From positions 58,134 to 122,133 of the forward strand of contig JBJOKS010000017.1 of the NCBI GenBank assembly GCA_046045965.1: a DNA stretch of 64,000 bases, written 5' to 3'. The DNA comes from Cyanobacteriota bacterium (GTDB lineage: Bacteria; Cyanobacteriota; Cyanobacteriia; Cyanobacteriales; Nostocaceae). This document shows, in pieces, positions 10,558 to 20,298 of this stretch. Position 1 is the first letter of the stretch. Every line of letters starts with the position of its first letter. The notes below the pieces were generated by a model. The model worked only from the letters and a program-made list of their open reading frames with translations, did not search any database and was not told where the DNA came from. A program made the position numbers and the translations under genes.

Positions 10558-10595
10558 TATGAGGCAAATGAATTAAAACCCATTTATTAAAAAAT

Positions 10596-12728
10596 ATGGC
10601 GGAAATCTGGAATAATCTTTTTAACACAGGTTTGTTTATCCCACATGGGCATTGCTATCTTTGGCAAACCAATTTAGTGATGCTACATCTATTGTCTGAT
10701 GGACTAATTGCTCTAGCTTATTACTCAATTCCCATTTCCCTGTTTTACTTTGTTAATCAACGTAAGGATTTGCCATTTTATTGGATTTTTCTGTTGTTTA
10801 GTGCCTTTATCATAGCTTGTGGTACTACTCACCTACTAGAAATTTGGACTCTTTGGCATCCCACATATTGGTTATCAGGGTTAGTTAAAGCTGTGACTGC
10901 GATTATATCTTTATTTACAGCATTAGAACTTGTACCTTTAGTTCCACAAGCACTAGCTCTTCCGAGTCCTGCTCAACTCAAACAAATAAATCAAGAACTG
11001 CAAACAGAAATATCTGATCGGTTACGGATAGATAAAGAACTGAGAAAATATCAGAATCATTTGGAAGAATTGGTTGCTCTCCGCACGCAAGAGATTACTA
11101 ACGCCAATGAGCAATTACAACAGGAAATTGCTGAACGTCAACGTATCCTGGAAATTTTACGACAAAGTGAGGAACGTTACCGTTATTTAGTGGAAGCAAT
11201 ACCTCAACTGGTCTGGACAAGTGATGCCCAAGGACAGACTGATTATTTTAATCAAAATTGGACTGAATATACAGGATTAACATTAGAGCAATCATTGGGT
11301 TATGGTTGGTTAGCAGCATTGCATCCCGATGATGTGGAAAGGTCTTATCAAGTCTGGTTAAATGCTGTGGAAACTGGGAAAAGTTATGAAAATGAATACC
11401 GCTTCAAACGGGCTGCGGATGGTTGTTATCGCTGGCAATTGGCACGGGGATTACCACTTAAAAATGAGCAAGATTGTGTAGTCAAGTGGTTTGGTACTTG
11501 TACAGATATCCATGAACACAAAGAAATCCAACAAGAACGCGCCCGCTTATTGGAATTAGAACAAGCAGCACGGGCTAAAGCTGAAACAGCTAATCGAATT
11601 AAAGATGAATTTCTGGCTGTTCTCTCCCACGAGTTACGCACGCCTTTAAATGCAATTTTAGGCTGGTCTCAGTTATTGCAAATTCATAAATTTGATGAAA
11701 TCAAGACATCTAAAGCCCTAGCAACAATTGAACGTAATGCCAAATTACAAGTGCAACTGATTGAAGATTTACTGGATGTTTCACGAATTTTACAGGGTAA
11801 ACTAGTGCTGAATAGGGTAAAAGTCAATTTAGAATCTATAGTTTTACCAGCCATAGAAACAATACGTTTAGCAGCAGAAACTAAATCTATTCAGGTAAAC
11901 ACAATTTTTCCAGAGAAGATCCCTCAAGTCATGGGTGATCCTACTCGCTTGCAGCAAGTTGTTTGGAATTTACTTTCTAATGCTGTTAAATTTACACCCA
12001 GGGCAGGAAAAGTAGAAGTGCAAATAGGGCAGTTTGATGGCTATGCGGAAATTACAGTTAGTGATACAGGTAAAGGCATTAGTGTTGAGTTTCTGCCCTA
12101 TGTTTTTGATTACTTCCGACAGGCTGATAGCAGTTCTACTAGAAAATTTGGGGGCTTAGGTTTGGGTTTGGCAATTGTGCGGAATATAGTGGAAATACAT
12201 GGCGGTATCATCACAGCAGAAAGCCCTGGTATAGATCAAGGGGCAAAATTTACTGTTAGGCTACCGTTGATCAAAGATGATAGTTCCAGGATGATAAATG
12301 CAGAAAATCATTCTTCATCCTTAACGGTTAATTCTTTGCCACTGAATGGTCTACAGATTTTAGTTGTTGATGATGATGCGGACTCTCTGGAATTTGTGGT
12401 CTTTGTTTTAGAACAAGATGGGGCTGAGGTGATAGCGGTATCTTCAGCATTGGCAGCAATACAAGTGCTATCACAGAGGCTGGTAGATATGTTAATTAGT
12501 GATATTAGTATGCCAGATATGGATGGCTATATGCTAATGCGTCAAGTCAGAAGTTGGAGTACAGAACAAGGGGGAAAAATTCCAGCGATCGCTTTGACTG
12601 CCTATGCTGGCGAATATGACCAAAGCCAGGCTATAGCGGCAGGATTTCAGTTGCATCTTTCAAAACCGATAGCAAGAGAAGACTTAGTGCAAGCGATCGC
12701 TCAAGTAATGAATTTACCACAAAGTTAG
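10596..12728 (+). CDS. Hybrid histidine kinase: ETR1-like ethylene-binding membrane domain, PAS, HisKA, HATPase, REC
   Basis: SDGLIALAYYSIP and ACGTTHL motifs, PAS (LHPDD), SHELRTPL, NLLSNAVKF, GGLGLGL and a C-terminal REC domain. Confidence 0.9.
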   Translation: MAEIWNNLFNTGLFIPHGHCYLWQTNLVMLHLLSDGLIALAYYSIPISLFYFVNQRKDLPFYWIFLLFSAFIIACGTTHLLEIWTLWHPTYWLSGLVKAVTAIISLFTALELVPLVPQALALPSPAQLKQINQELQTEISDRLRIDKELRKYQNHLEELVALRTQEITNANEQLQQEIAERQRILEILRQSEERYRYLVEAIPQLVWTSDAQGQTDYFNQNWTEYTGLTLEQSLGYGWLAALHPDDVERSYQVWLNAVETGKSYENEYRFKRAADGCYRWQLARGLPLKNEQDCVVKWFGTCTDIHEHKEIQQERARLLELEQAARAKAETANRIKDEFLAVLSHELRTPLNAILGWSQLLQIHKFDEIKTSKALATIERNAKLQVQLIEDLLDVSRILQGKLVLNRVKVNLESIVLPAIETIRLAAETKSIQVNTIFPEKIPQVMGDPTRLQQVVWNLLSNAVKFTPRAGKVEVQIGQFDGYAEITVSDTGKGISVEFLPYVFDYFRQADSSSTRKFGGLGLGLAIVRNIVEIHGGIITAESPGIDQGAKFTVRLPLIKDDSSRMINAENHSSSLTVNSLPLNGLQILVVDDDADSLEFVVFVLEQDGAEVIAVSSALAAIQVLSQRLVDMLISDISMPDMDGYMLMRQVRSWSTEQGGKIPAIALTAYAGEYDQSQAIAAGFQLHLSKPIAREDLVQAIAQVMNLPQS

Positions 12729-12883
12729 TAGTATTTACAACCATAATTCTCTCGTCTTGAGGTAGGGGAGCGTCAACCCGACAATTAAGCAAAAACTAAC
12801 CTGAAATATACAATCCGTCTGGGAAAAAATTTGATAGACTAAGCTTCTAAATAATTTGGTGTAAGACTAATCAAGAATTTACT

Positions 12884-13648
12884 ATGTATAAATCAGATAC
12901 AAAATTTTCAGTATTGGGTTTACCAGTTCATGTGATGACAAACTATCCCACCTGGTTGATAGAATGTCTCCAACAAGGCAGAGGAATTCATGTAGTCACG
13001 CTCAATGCAGAAATGACCATGCAAGCAGAGCGCGATCACTCCCTAGCTGAAGTAATTCAAAATGCTGATCTAGTGATTCCAGATGGTGCGGGGGTTGTTT
13101 TGTATTTGCAGTATCTATTAAGACAAAAAGTGAAACGCTGTCCCGGAATTGAATTAGCAGAAACATTGTTACAAGAACTCGGTCAACAGAAAACACCCAC
13201 TAAGGTATTTTTCTATGGAGGAGCTAACGGAGTAGCCGCAACTGCCGCAGAATTTTGGCAACAGCAAGTTCCAGATTTGCATATAGTAGGTACTCACTCC
13301 GGTTATCATACCCCAGAAGAAGAACAAATATTACAGCAAACATTAACTCAATTACAGCCACAAGTCATCTTTGTTGGTTTAGGAGTGCCACGTCAAGAGT
13401 TATGGATCGCCAAAAACCGTCATTTCTGTCCTCAAGCAATTTGGATCGGAGTAGGTGGTAGTTTTGATATTTGGTCAGGGAGAAAAACTCGCGCTCCCCG
13501 TTGGTTGGCAAATCACAATTTAGAATGGCTGTATCGTTTGTATCAAGAGCCTTGGCGTTGGTACAGAATGCTGGCTTTACCTGAGTTTGTATTCAAAGCC
13601 TTTGTTTATCGTTTGACTGCCAGGAGTATAAAGAGTGCTGGGTGTTGA
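12884..13648 (+). CDS. WecB/TagA/CpsF glycosyltransferase
   Basis: VTLNAE, PDGAG, GLGVPRQE, GVGGSFD and LEWLYRLYQEPWR motifs. Confidence 0.92.
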   Translation: MYKSDTKFSVLGLPVHVMTNYPTWLIECLQQGRGIHVVTLNAEMTMQAERDHSLAEVIQNADLVIPDGAGVVLYLQYLLRQKVKRCPGIELAETLLQELGQQKTPTKVFFYGGANGVAATAAEFWQQQVPDLHIVGTHSGYHTPEEEQILQQTLTQLQPQVIFVGLGVPRQELWIAKNRHFCPQAIWIGVGGSFDIWSGRKTRAPRWLANHNLEWLYRLYQEPWRWYRMLALPEFVFKAFVYRLTARSIKSAGC

Positions 13649-13907
13649 ATGGGTGAATATTCAAGAGGCAGGAGATAGGAGGCAGGAGGCAGGAGGAACC
13701 CACGTTTTAAAACGTAAAATTGAAGCAAAGACGCTTTGTATCGCACTTCGTGCCGATTTGCTAACGCGCTATGCGTCTCGATACAATTCCTCTTTTAAAC
13801 TGGGCTTTAGACCCAGAAAAGACAGTTTTAATTCATACTTCTTCCCTCCAGCAAGACAGCCCTCTGCCTCCTGCCTTCTTTGTAATTGGGAATAGGAAAG
13901 TTTCTAG

Positions 13908-14627
13908 ATGTCAACAGTTTACATAACAGAAGACACAGATAGTCAACAGCAAGGTAGTCAAGCTGGGTCAATGGTGGAGTTACGCTCTGTCACCAAGACT
14001 TATTCCAACGGCTATCATGCCCTACTGGATGTGAGTATTAAGATTAAAAAGGGAGAATTTCTATTTATTACCGGACCGAGTGGTTCGGGAAAATCAACTT
14101 TTTTAAAGTTGCTGTATGGTCAGGAGTTACCCACCCAAGGAGAGGTAATTGTTGATGATTTGAATGTAGCAAAATTACGGGGCGATCGCCTCTCATTCTT
14201 GCGCCGTCGGATAGGAATCATTTTTCAAGACTATAAATTAATTCCCCAGCGGACAGTAGCAGAGAATGTAACTTTTGTACTGCAAGCTCAAGGCTACACT
14301 CGTAAAGAAATTCAAAGACGTTTAGAACCGACTTTAAAATTAGTAGGTTTATTATCTAAAGCTGACTCTTTTCCTGATCAACTTTCTGGGGGAGAACAGC
14401 AGCGGGTGAGTATTGCGCGAGCAATTATCGCTACCCCACCCCTACTACTCGCAGATGAACCAACGGGAAACCTTGATCCTGATAATTCCTGGCAAGTTAT
14501 CCAAATTCTCCAAAAATTAAATACTTTTGGGGCTACAGTAATTGTCACTACCCATGATGAGCAACTGGTAAGACGGTGTAATCATCCCGTGGTACAGGTA
14601 AAAAACGGTAGGTTATATCGAAAATAG
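13908..14627 (+). CDS. ftsE: Cell division ATP-binding protein FtsE
   Basis: [31 protein letters not shown] and [10 protein letters not shown] motifs. Confidence 0.88.
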   Translation: MSTVYITEDTDSQQQGSQAGSMVELRSVTKTYSNGYHALLDVSIKIKKGEFLFITGPSGSGKSTFLKLLYGQELPTQGEVIVDDLNVAKLRGDRLSFLRRRIGIIFQDYKLIPQRTVAENVTFVLQAQGYTRKEIQRRLEPTLKLVGLLSKADSFPDQLSGGEQQRVSIARAIIATPPLLLADEPTGNLDPDNSWQVIQILQKLNTFGATVIVTTHDEQLVRRCNHPVVQVKNGRLYRK

Positions 14628-14678
14628 TTATAGGGAACAGGGAACAGGTGAAAATAGCAATTAACAATTAGCAAGTAA

Positions 14679-15431
14679 CTAGCTACCAACCTCTTGCTTA
14701 ACTTTTGTCGATATAGGTACAAGAGGTTTGCTGCTGCTTGTTAGTAGCATTTGTAAACCATCCAAGGTTTGCAAACTATTCAAAGCTGCTTCCCGAATTA
14801 CGGCTTCTTCTTCCCTACTCAATAGAAGTTGTAAGCATTCAACAACATTTTGCTTGACTGAAGTGTCAGTTTGTTTGCGAGTGATGAATTTAGTTAGTTG
14901 GCGCACAGCAAGCAAGCGTTTTAAGGGATCTGTTTCTGTTAAGTTATTCAACAGTTGTTCGAGATGGTCTTCTTCTCGATTTCCCTGAAAGTTGAAAATT
15001 TGCCACACCAACAACACTAAAGTTAGCAATGTGCCGAACCCTTGCACAATAGCACCAACAGCCATCCAGGTACTAGGAGAATCAACCCAAATGGCAGCTG
15101 TCATGTAAGTCATAAAAGTAGCAACACCACCACTAAGAACCGCTAAAGCTAACCGACTGTTGGCACTGTTTAAAAACCTGCGTATTTCTAACCAACTTAT
15201 TTGCCAGTTCCATTTAGGTATTGAATAAGCCACGAGCATTACCCCAATACCAACGGTAAGTGCTAATAGCAACTTCCAGTTCCAAAACAGCATAGCAACG
15301 ATAATTGTCAAGAACCCAAGAATGGTTCCAGGTTCAGAGAAACGTTTTAATTGTCGCTGCTTTGGGCTTCCTGTCTTGATCTCTGGAAGCTGTTTGATTA
15401 ATTGCCGCCAAGAAGACGAAGCCTGTGTCAC
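14679..15431 (-). CDS. Membrane protein with C-terminal HEAT/armadillo-like repeat
   Basis: Four hydrophobic segments followed by DPLKRLLAVRQL...IREAAL. Confidence 0.7.
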   Translation of the reverse strand: MTQASSSWRQLIKQLPEIKTGSPKQRQLKRFSEPGTILGFLTIIVAMLFWNWKLLLALTVGIGVMLVAYSIPKWNWQISWLEIRRFLNSANSRLALAVLSGGVATFMTYMTAAIWVDSPSTWMAVGAIVQGFGTLLTLVLLVWQIFNFQGNREEDHLEQLLNNLTETDPLKRLLAVRQLTKFITRKQTDTSVKQNVVECLQLLLSREEEAVIREAALNSLQTLDGLQMLLTSSSKPLVPISTKVKQEVGS

Positions 15432-15700
15432 AGTTTTTACCTACCTGATATCAGATTTCTTGATTTGCGGACATAATGCCTACATCTCCAGAATTATATT
15501 TGATTTATTGAAATTTTTTTTAAACCGCGTCCTGACTTCGACCTGCTCATGAATATGTCAATCTCACGATGGTCAGAAGTTATGGTGTGCTTGATTAGTT
15601 GATAATAAGAGTGGCGAATTTGTCACCCATGCTTGAGCATTTTGGATCTACCTTGGTGCTAAAAATGCTAATTAGTCAAAAAAATAGCTAAAAAATACTT

Positions 15701-16597
15701 ATGTTGCAACCTTTAGGCTTTCAGCAAAGCTCTATAAATACATCATTAGGGCGGATGGTGTACTATACTGCTAGTGGCTCACCGTGGCAGGATCAAGGCG
15801 AAACTTCTGATAGGGAAACTTTGTTATTTCTGCATGGCTTTGGTGGTGGGTCTTCTGCTTATGAGTGGTCGAAGGTATATCCAGCTTTTGCTGTTGAATA
15901 TCGAGTTATTGCACCAGATTTAATTGGTTGGGGTCAATCTGAGCATCCGCAACGCAGTTACAAGATTGAGGACTATTTGACGACTATTCAAGAGTTTATT
16001 GAGCAGACTTGTACAGAACCAGTGATAGTTGTAGCTTCTTCTCTGACAGCTGCGTTTATAATTCGAGTAGCGATCGCACGTCCTGATTTATTTAAGTCTT
16101 TAATTCTTGTCAGTCCCGCTGGACTTTCTGATTTTGGAGAAGACTACTCCCGCAGCTTTTTTGCTCAGTTGGTGAGCGTTCCTGTTGTTGACCGTTTGTT
16201 ATATAGTACAGGAATTGCTACTGATGGCGGTATTCGCAGCTTTTTAGAGCAAAGACAATTTGCTGAATCTCATCGAGTTTATCAAGAGATTGTCGATGCT
16301 TATTTACAATCTGCCCAACAACCAAATGCTGAATATGCAGCACTCTCTTTTGTCCGTGGAGATTTATGTTTTGATTTGTCTCTTTACATTCAGCAATTGA
16401 CAACTCCTACGGCTATTATTTGGGGAAAAAAATCACAATTTACAGGTCCAGAAATTGGTCGTCGCTTTGCGGAAATGAATCCCCAAAATATTCGATTTTT
16501 TCAACCTTTAGAAAATGTAGGATTAACTCCACAATTAGAATTACCAGCGGTGACAATTGGATTAATTCGGAAATTTTTAACTTTGCTGAATGGGTAA
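15701..16597 (+). CDS. Alpha/beta hydrolase fold protein
   Basis: LFLHGFGGG and APDLIGWGQSE motifs. Confidence 0.88.
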   Translation: MLQPLGFQQSSINTSLGRMVYYTASGSPWQDQGETSDRETLLFLHGFGGGSSAYEWSKVYPAFAVEYRVIAPDLIGWGQSEHPQRSYKIEDYLTTIQEFIEQTCTEPVIVVASSLTAAFIIRVAIARPDLFKSLILVSPAGLSDFGEDYSRSFFAQLVSVPVVDRLLYSTGIATDGGIRSFLEQRQFAESHRVYQEIVDAYLQSAQQPNAEYAALSFVRGDLCFDLSLYIQQLTTPTAIIWGKKSQFTGPEIGRRFAEMNPQNIRFFQPLENVGLTPQLELPAVTIGLIRKFLTLLNG

Positions 16598-16745
16598 TTG
16601 GGGACTGGGGACTGGGGACTGGGGACTCTTAAGAAAGCAGGGGAAGCAGGGGGAGAATATTAACTTTTGCCTTTTGCCTTTTGTCTTTTGCCTTTTGCCT
16701 TTTGCCTTCTGTTCCCTGTTCCCTGTTCCCTGTTCCCTTTTTCCC
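16598..16745. repeat. Mixed STRR arrays (GGGGACT, TTTTGCC, CTGTTCC)
   Basis: Tandem heptamers between convergent genes. Confidence 0.85.
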
Positions 16746-16758
16746 AATGACCAAAATA

Positions 16759-17292
16759 CTATTTATCTTTTAAACGAATATCAATCACAGAAGCGTTGAA
16801 ATTATAGTTAAAACCTTCTAGTTCAAAAGGCATCCCAATTTTAACTTTACTATTACCTAAAACCGGACCGCTGTCGGTAACTTGTGCTTTACCTTCCAGG
16901 GTCAAAAGAAAATCTGTACTAAAGTTGTTAGCTCTGGGATCTGGTAATTCTTTAATTGAACCATCTGGTTGTGGAACAGTGACAGTTCTTTCTAGCTGTT
17001 GAATAGCTTTAATGCCAATTTGTCCGTAGGGTTGATTACGAATAATGACATTTGTTTTACCACCCTTGGTAAATCCTTGTTTAAATAACTGCTCAGGATC
17101 AAGGACGTTTAAACCACGTACTACTAAGTCTACTTCAATAGGTACTGTTTTTGTGCCGACTTGAGCTACAGAACCGGAAGTTCCGGGAAATATAAAGATG
17201 CCAATGATAACTAATAAGATTACCAGCGCAGCACCTAAATCGAGTAGGTTGATTTTGCCGAATAAGCGACCTTTAGAATCTAAAATAGGCAT
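16759..17292 (-). CDS. DUF4330-family protein
   Basis: ILDSKGRLFGKINLLD followed by a transmembrane segment. Confidence 0.8.
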   Translation of the reverse strand: MPILDSKGRLFGKINLLDLGAALVILLVIIGIFIFPGTSGSVAQVGTKTVPIEVDLVVRGLNVLDPEQLFKQGFTKGGKTNVIIRNQPYGQIGIKAIQQLERTVTVPQPDGSIKELPDPRANNFSTDFLLTLEGKAQVTDSGPVLGNSKVKIGMPFELEGFNYNFNASVIDIRLKDK

Positions 17293-17585
17293 AACAAGTT
17301 TTTTTGAGGTTAAATTGCAGATGAAGGCCAACTAATTTGCAGTTGGGAATTTCTGATTTTTAATCATAGCGTAGACTATAGGGTTTTCCGTCTTGCCATC
17401 CTGCTGTGAATATGGTTGTTTAGATCAAAGAGCCGCTGGAGCAGCATAACAAACAAACACGAAAAAATCCCATATTGGGCGAAGTTTTACCTCTGTTATA
17501 TGTATTGAGTTGGAAATGCAACTTAGTCAGTTGTAAATACGTCTGCTAATTTTAAGTTCTCACACCACTCTATTTTCATGGGATT

Positions 17586-18440
17586 ATGATTAACTGGAAT
17601 GGATTTTTGGCAAATTACCGTGTATGGCGGCGACGTTGGTTGTATCCGTTGATTTCGCTAAGTGTTGCTCTGAGTCTGTGTTTGAGTACACCTTTACCCA
17701 GCAAAGCTATAGATTTATTACCGCTTTTATTCCAAGGTGTACAAATATTTCAGTTGTCTAATTTATCTCCTCGTCAGGAAGTTGAGCTTGGTAGACAGAT
17801 GAATGATCAATTGCGTCAAGAAGTCAGAATTTCCCGTAATCAACAGCTTAATAGCTATGTGGAGCAGATTGGTAGAAGGTTAGCAGCTAATAGCGATCGC
17901 TCTAATATTCCTTATACTTTTCAGGTGGTTGAGGATGATGCTGTTAACGCTTTTGCGACTACTGGCGGTTTCGTTTATATAAATACAGGGTTGTTAAAAG
18001 CTGCGGAAAATGAAGCGGAATTAGCTGGTGTAATTGGTCATGAAATGGGTCACATTGAGGGTCAACACTTGATCAAGCAGATGCGAGAAAGAGCGATCGC
18101 TAGTGGTATTGCTAGTGCAACTGGCTTAAATCGGAATCAGGCGGTAGCCATAGGTGTTGATTTGGCACTTAACCGTCCGCGCAGTCGTAAAGATGAATAT
18201 GATGCTGATACAAGAGGATTAAGAGCTTTAACACGGTCTGGTTATTCCCCCTCAGCGATGGTTTCGTTTATGAAAAAGCTCCAGGGAAGGAGTTCAATTC
18301 CTACTTTTTTGAGTACACACCCTGGAGCGAGCGATCGCGTTAATGCTCTTCAAAAACAAATAAACAAGCTGCCAAGCAATAGCAATTATGGTTTAGACAA
18401 TGCGGCTTACCAAGCTAATATACGAGCATTTTTACGGTAA
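17586..18440 (+). CDS. M48-family zinc metallopeptidase
   Basis: NAFATTGG, GHEMGH, EYDAD and FLSTHP motifs. Confidence 0.92.
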   Translation: MINWNGFLANYRVWRRRWLYPLISLSVALSLCLSTPLPSKAIDLLPLLFQGVQIFQLSNLSPRQEVELGRQMNDQLRQEVRISRNQQLNSYVEQIGRRLAANSDRSNIPYTFQVVEDDAVNAFATTGGFVYINTGLLKAAENEAELAGVIGHEMGHIEGQHLIKQMRERAIASGIASATGLNRNQAVAIGVDLALNRPRSRKDEYDADTRGLRALTRSGYSPSAMVSFMKKLQGRSSIPTFLSTHPGASDRVNALQKQINKLPSNSNYGLDNAAYQANIRAFLR

Positions 18441-18493
18441 AAAATGCCCATCCAAAACCCAATTACGAATGAGCAATTATGAATTATGAATTG

Positions 18494-19258
18494 TTAAAAG
18501 GCGCGTTGCTTGTGACGACGACTCACTTTAATTTCCTTTGGTTCAACCTTCGTGACTGCTTTTGCTAAAGGTAAAGTACGAACGCTGCTGCTAAAAACAT
18601 TAGCTTGATAAACTAGGTTATTAGTAATATCTAGTCCAGTTAACCAACCACTGCGCGGATGATAAGCACCAGTATCAATATCTAACCAGCCTTGTCCGCT
18701 CGCCAATTGACCAGGAGCAACCCCTGGTAGAGTGAAAGTGATGGTATGTCCGACGATAATTAACTTCTCGGTAAAGTACGGAAGTTCCATGCTGTGAAAC
18801 TCATCGCGTATCCAGCAAAGTTCCTCAGAGGTTTGTTCTGATACCGACTTTTTAGGGTCAACACCTGCATGAGTTAACCAAACATCCCCCAAGTCAATGT
18901 ATGTTGGTAGGTTTGCAAACCAATCTAGATGCTCTTGAGGGATTTTGGCAGCTTGATAGCTGGTAATGGTTGCTTGTCCCCCACTATAAAGCCATGCTTG
19001 TAGTGTCTGGTGAGAGTTACAACTATTATTCATTACACTTAAAAGCATCTGCTCATGATTACCCATCAGACAAGGATAGTTATTTTCTCTCACAAAATTT
19101 ACTACCTGTGCGCTTTGGGGTCCACGATCTATTAAGTCTCCCAAAAAATAGACTTGATCTTCTGATGTGGGTGCAATTTCCTTCAGAAGTAGCATTAAAC
19201 CCTGATAGTAACCATGTACGTCCCCAATAATAATTCGGCGTGGACTAATTTCGCTCAT
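18494..19258 (-). CDS. Calcineurin-like (PPP) Ser/Thr protein phosphatase
   Basis: GDVHG, GDLIDRG and GNHE motifs. Confidence 0.92.
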   Translation of the reverse strand: MSEISPRRIIIGDVHGYYQGLMLLLKEIAPTSEDQVYFLGDLIDRGPQSAQVVNFVRENNYPCLMGNHEQMLLSVMNNSCNSHQTLQAWLYSGGQATITSYQAAKIPQEHLDWFANLPTYIDLGDVWLTHAGVDPKKSVSEQTSEELCWIRDEFHSMELPYFTEKLIIVGHTITFTLPGVAPGQLASGQGWLDIDTGAYHPRSGWLTGLDITNNLVYQANVFSSSVRTLPLAKAVTKVEPKEIKVSRRHKQRAF

Positions 19259-19484
19259 AATATCTTCACTCGTTGAATAAATTTACTGATATAGTTTTAC
19301 TACAGTTTTAGGTGTCAGATTTTCGCCTGTAAGGGCAACTAAGTATTTGATTAATTACATCATTTATTTTTAACAAAAAAAACCGTGACTTAGTGAAAAT
19401 TATATCATGAGATAAATGTCTATACTTTTGTAACTATAGCTTAGAATATAGACGATCAACTCCTAACTAACGTAACAAATCACA

Positions 19485-19769
19485 ATGTCTGATCAGTTTT
19501 CTCCAGAAATTAGCGATCGCATCTGTAAACACATGAACGAAGATCATGCAGATGCTGTAGTGATATACGCCCAGGCATTTGGTAACATCAAAAATGCCAA
19601 AACAGCCCAGATGCTATCAATTGATGGACAGGGTATGGATTTAACTGTACAAGTGGATGGAGAAACATTACCAGTTCGCATCCAGTTTGATCACACCTTA
19701 GCCGATGCTGAAGATGCTCATCAAACTTTGATTACGATGGTGAAGCAAGCGCGGGTAAGAAACCACTAA
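19485..19769 (+). CDS. DUF2470 domain protein
   Basis: RICKHMNEDHADA motif. Confidence 0.85.
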   Translation: MSDQFSPEISDRICKHMNEDHADAVVIYAQAFGNIKNAKTAQMLSIDGQGMDLTVQVDGETLPVRIQFDHTLADAEDAHQTLITMVKQARVRNH

Positions 19770-19873
19770 ATTGTTAAGTGATATTACAAACCTTGGAAAA
19801 ATATTGAGAAATTGCCCATCAGTCAAACATAGTTTTAAGGTAGAACCTATAGGATAAACTTGAGGCAAATAAG

Positions 19874-20191
19874 ATGAATAAAAATAATATTCAAAACTAT
19901 CGCTTTGTCTGCACTTTGACCTTTGGTGATATCTACGGTCAAATTATTGTTTGGTTAATTACAATTACCATTAGTTTAGCTTCGGCTTTGGCACTGATGG
20001 GCGCAAGAAGACCAGTATATGCGTTAGCTACGGTAGGACTCGTGATTTTTCTCACACTACCTTTCTTGCTGTTTGCCTTTGTGACAACATTGTTAAATCA
20101 TATAGAATTAACTGCTGTGGAACCGGGAACAAAAACTGAACCTATGCCCGGTAACGTTTCTCAGCAACAGCCTATCCAAGCAACCAGTTGA
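19874..20191 (+). CDS. Small membrane protein of unknown function
   Basis: CTLTFGDIYGQI followed by two transmembrane segments. Confidence 0.75.
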   Translation: MNKNNIQNYRFVCTLTFGDIYGQIIVWLITITISLASALALMGARRPVYALATVGLVIFLTLPFLLFAFVTTLLNHIELTAVEPGTKTEPMPGNVSQQQPIQATS

Positions 20192-20252
20192 TCAATTGGT
20201 AATTGGTAATTGGTAATGGGTAGTGGCAAGAAACTAATCAATAAGATAACAT

Positions 20253-20280
20253 CCCTGTTTACAGACAGGGTATTTTTTTT
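20253..20280 (+). terminator. Intrinsic terminator
   Basis: CCCTGT-ttacag-ACAGGG followed by a T-run. Confidence 0.6.
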
Positions 20281-20298
20281 GGAATTGAGGTATTAAAA

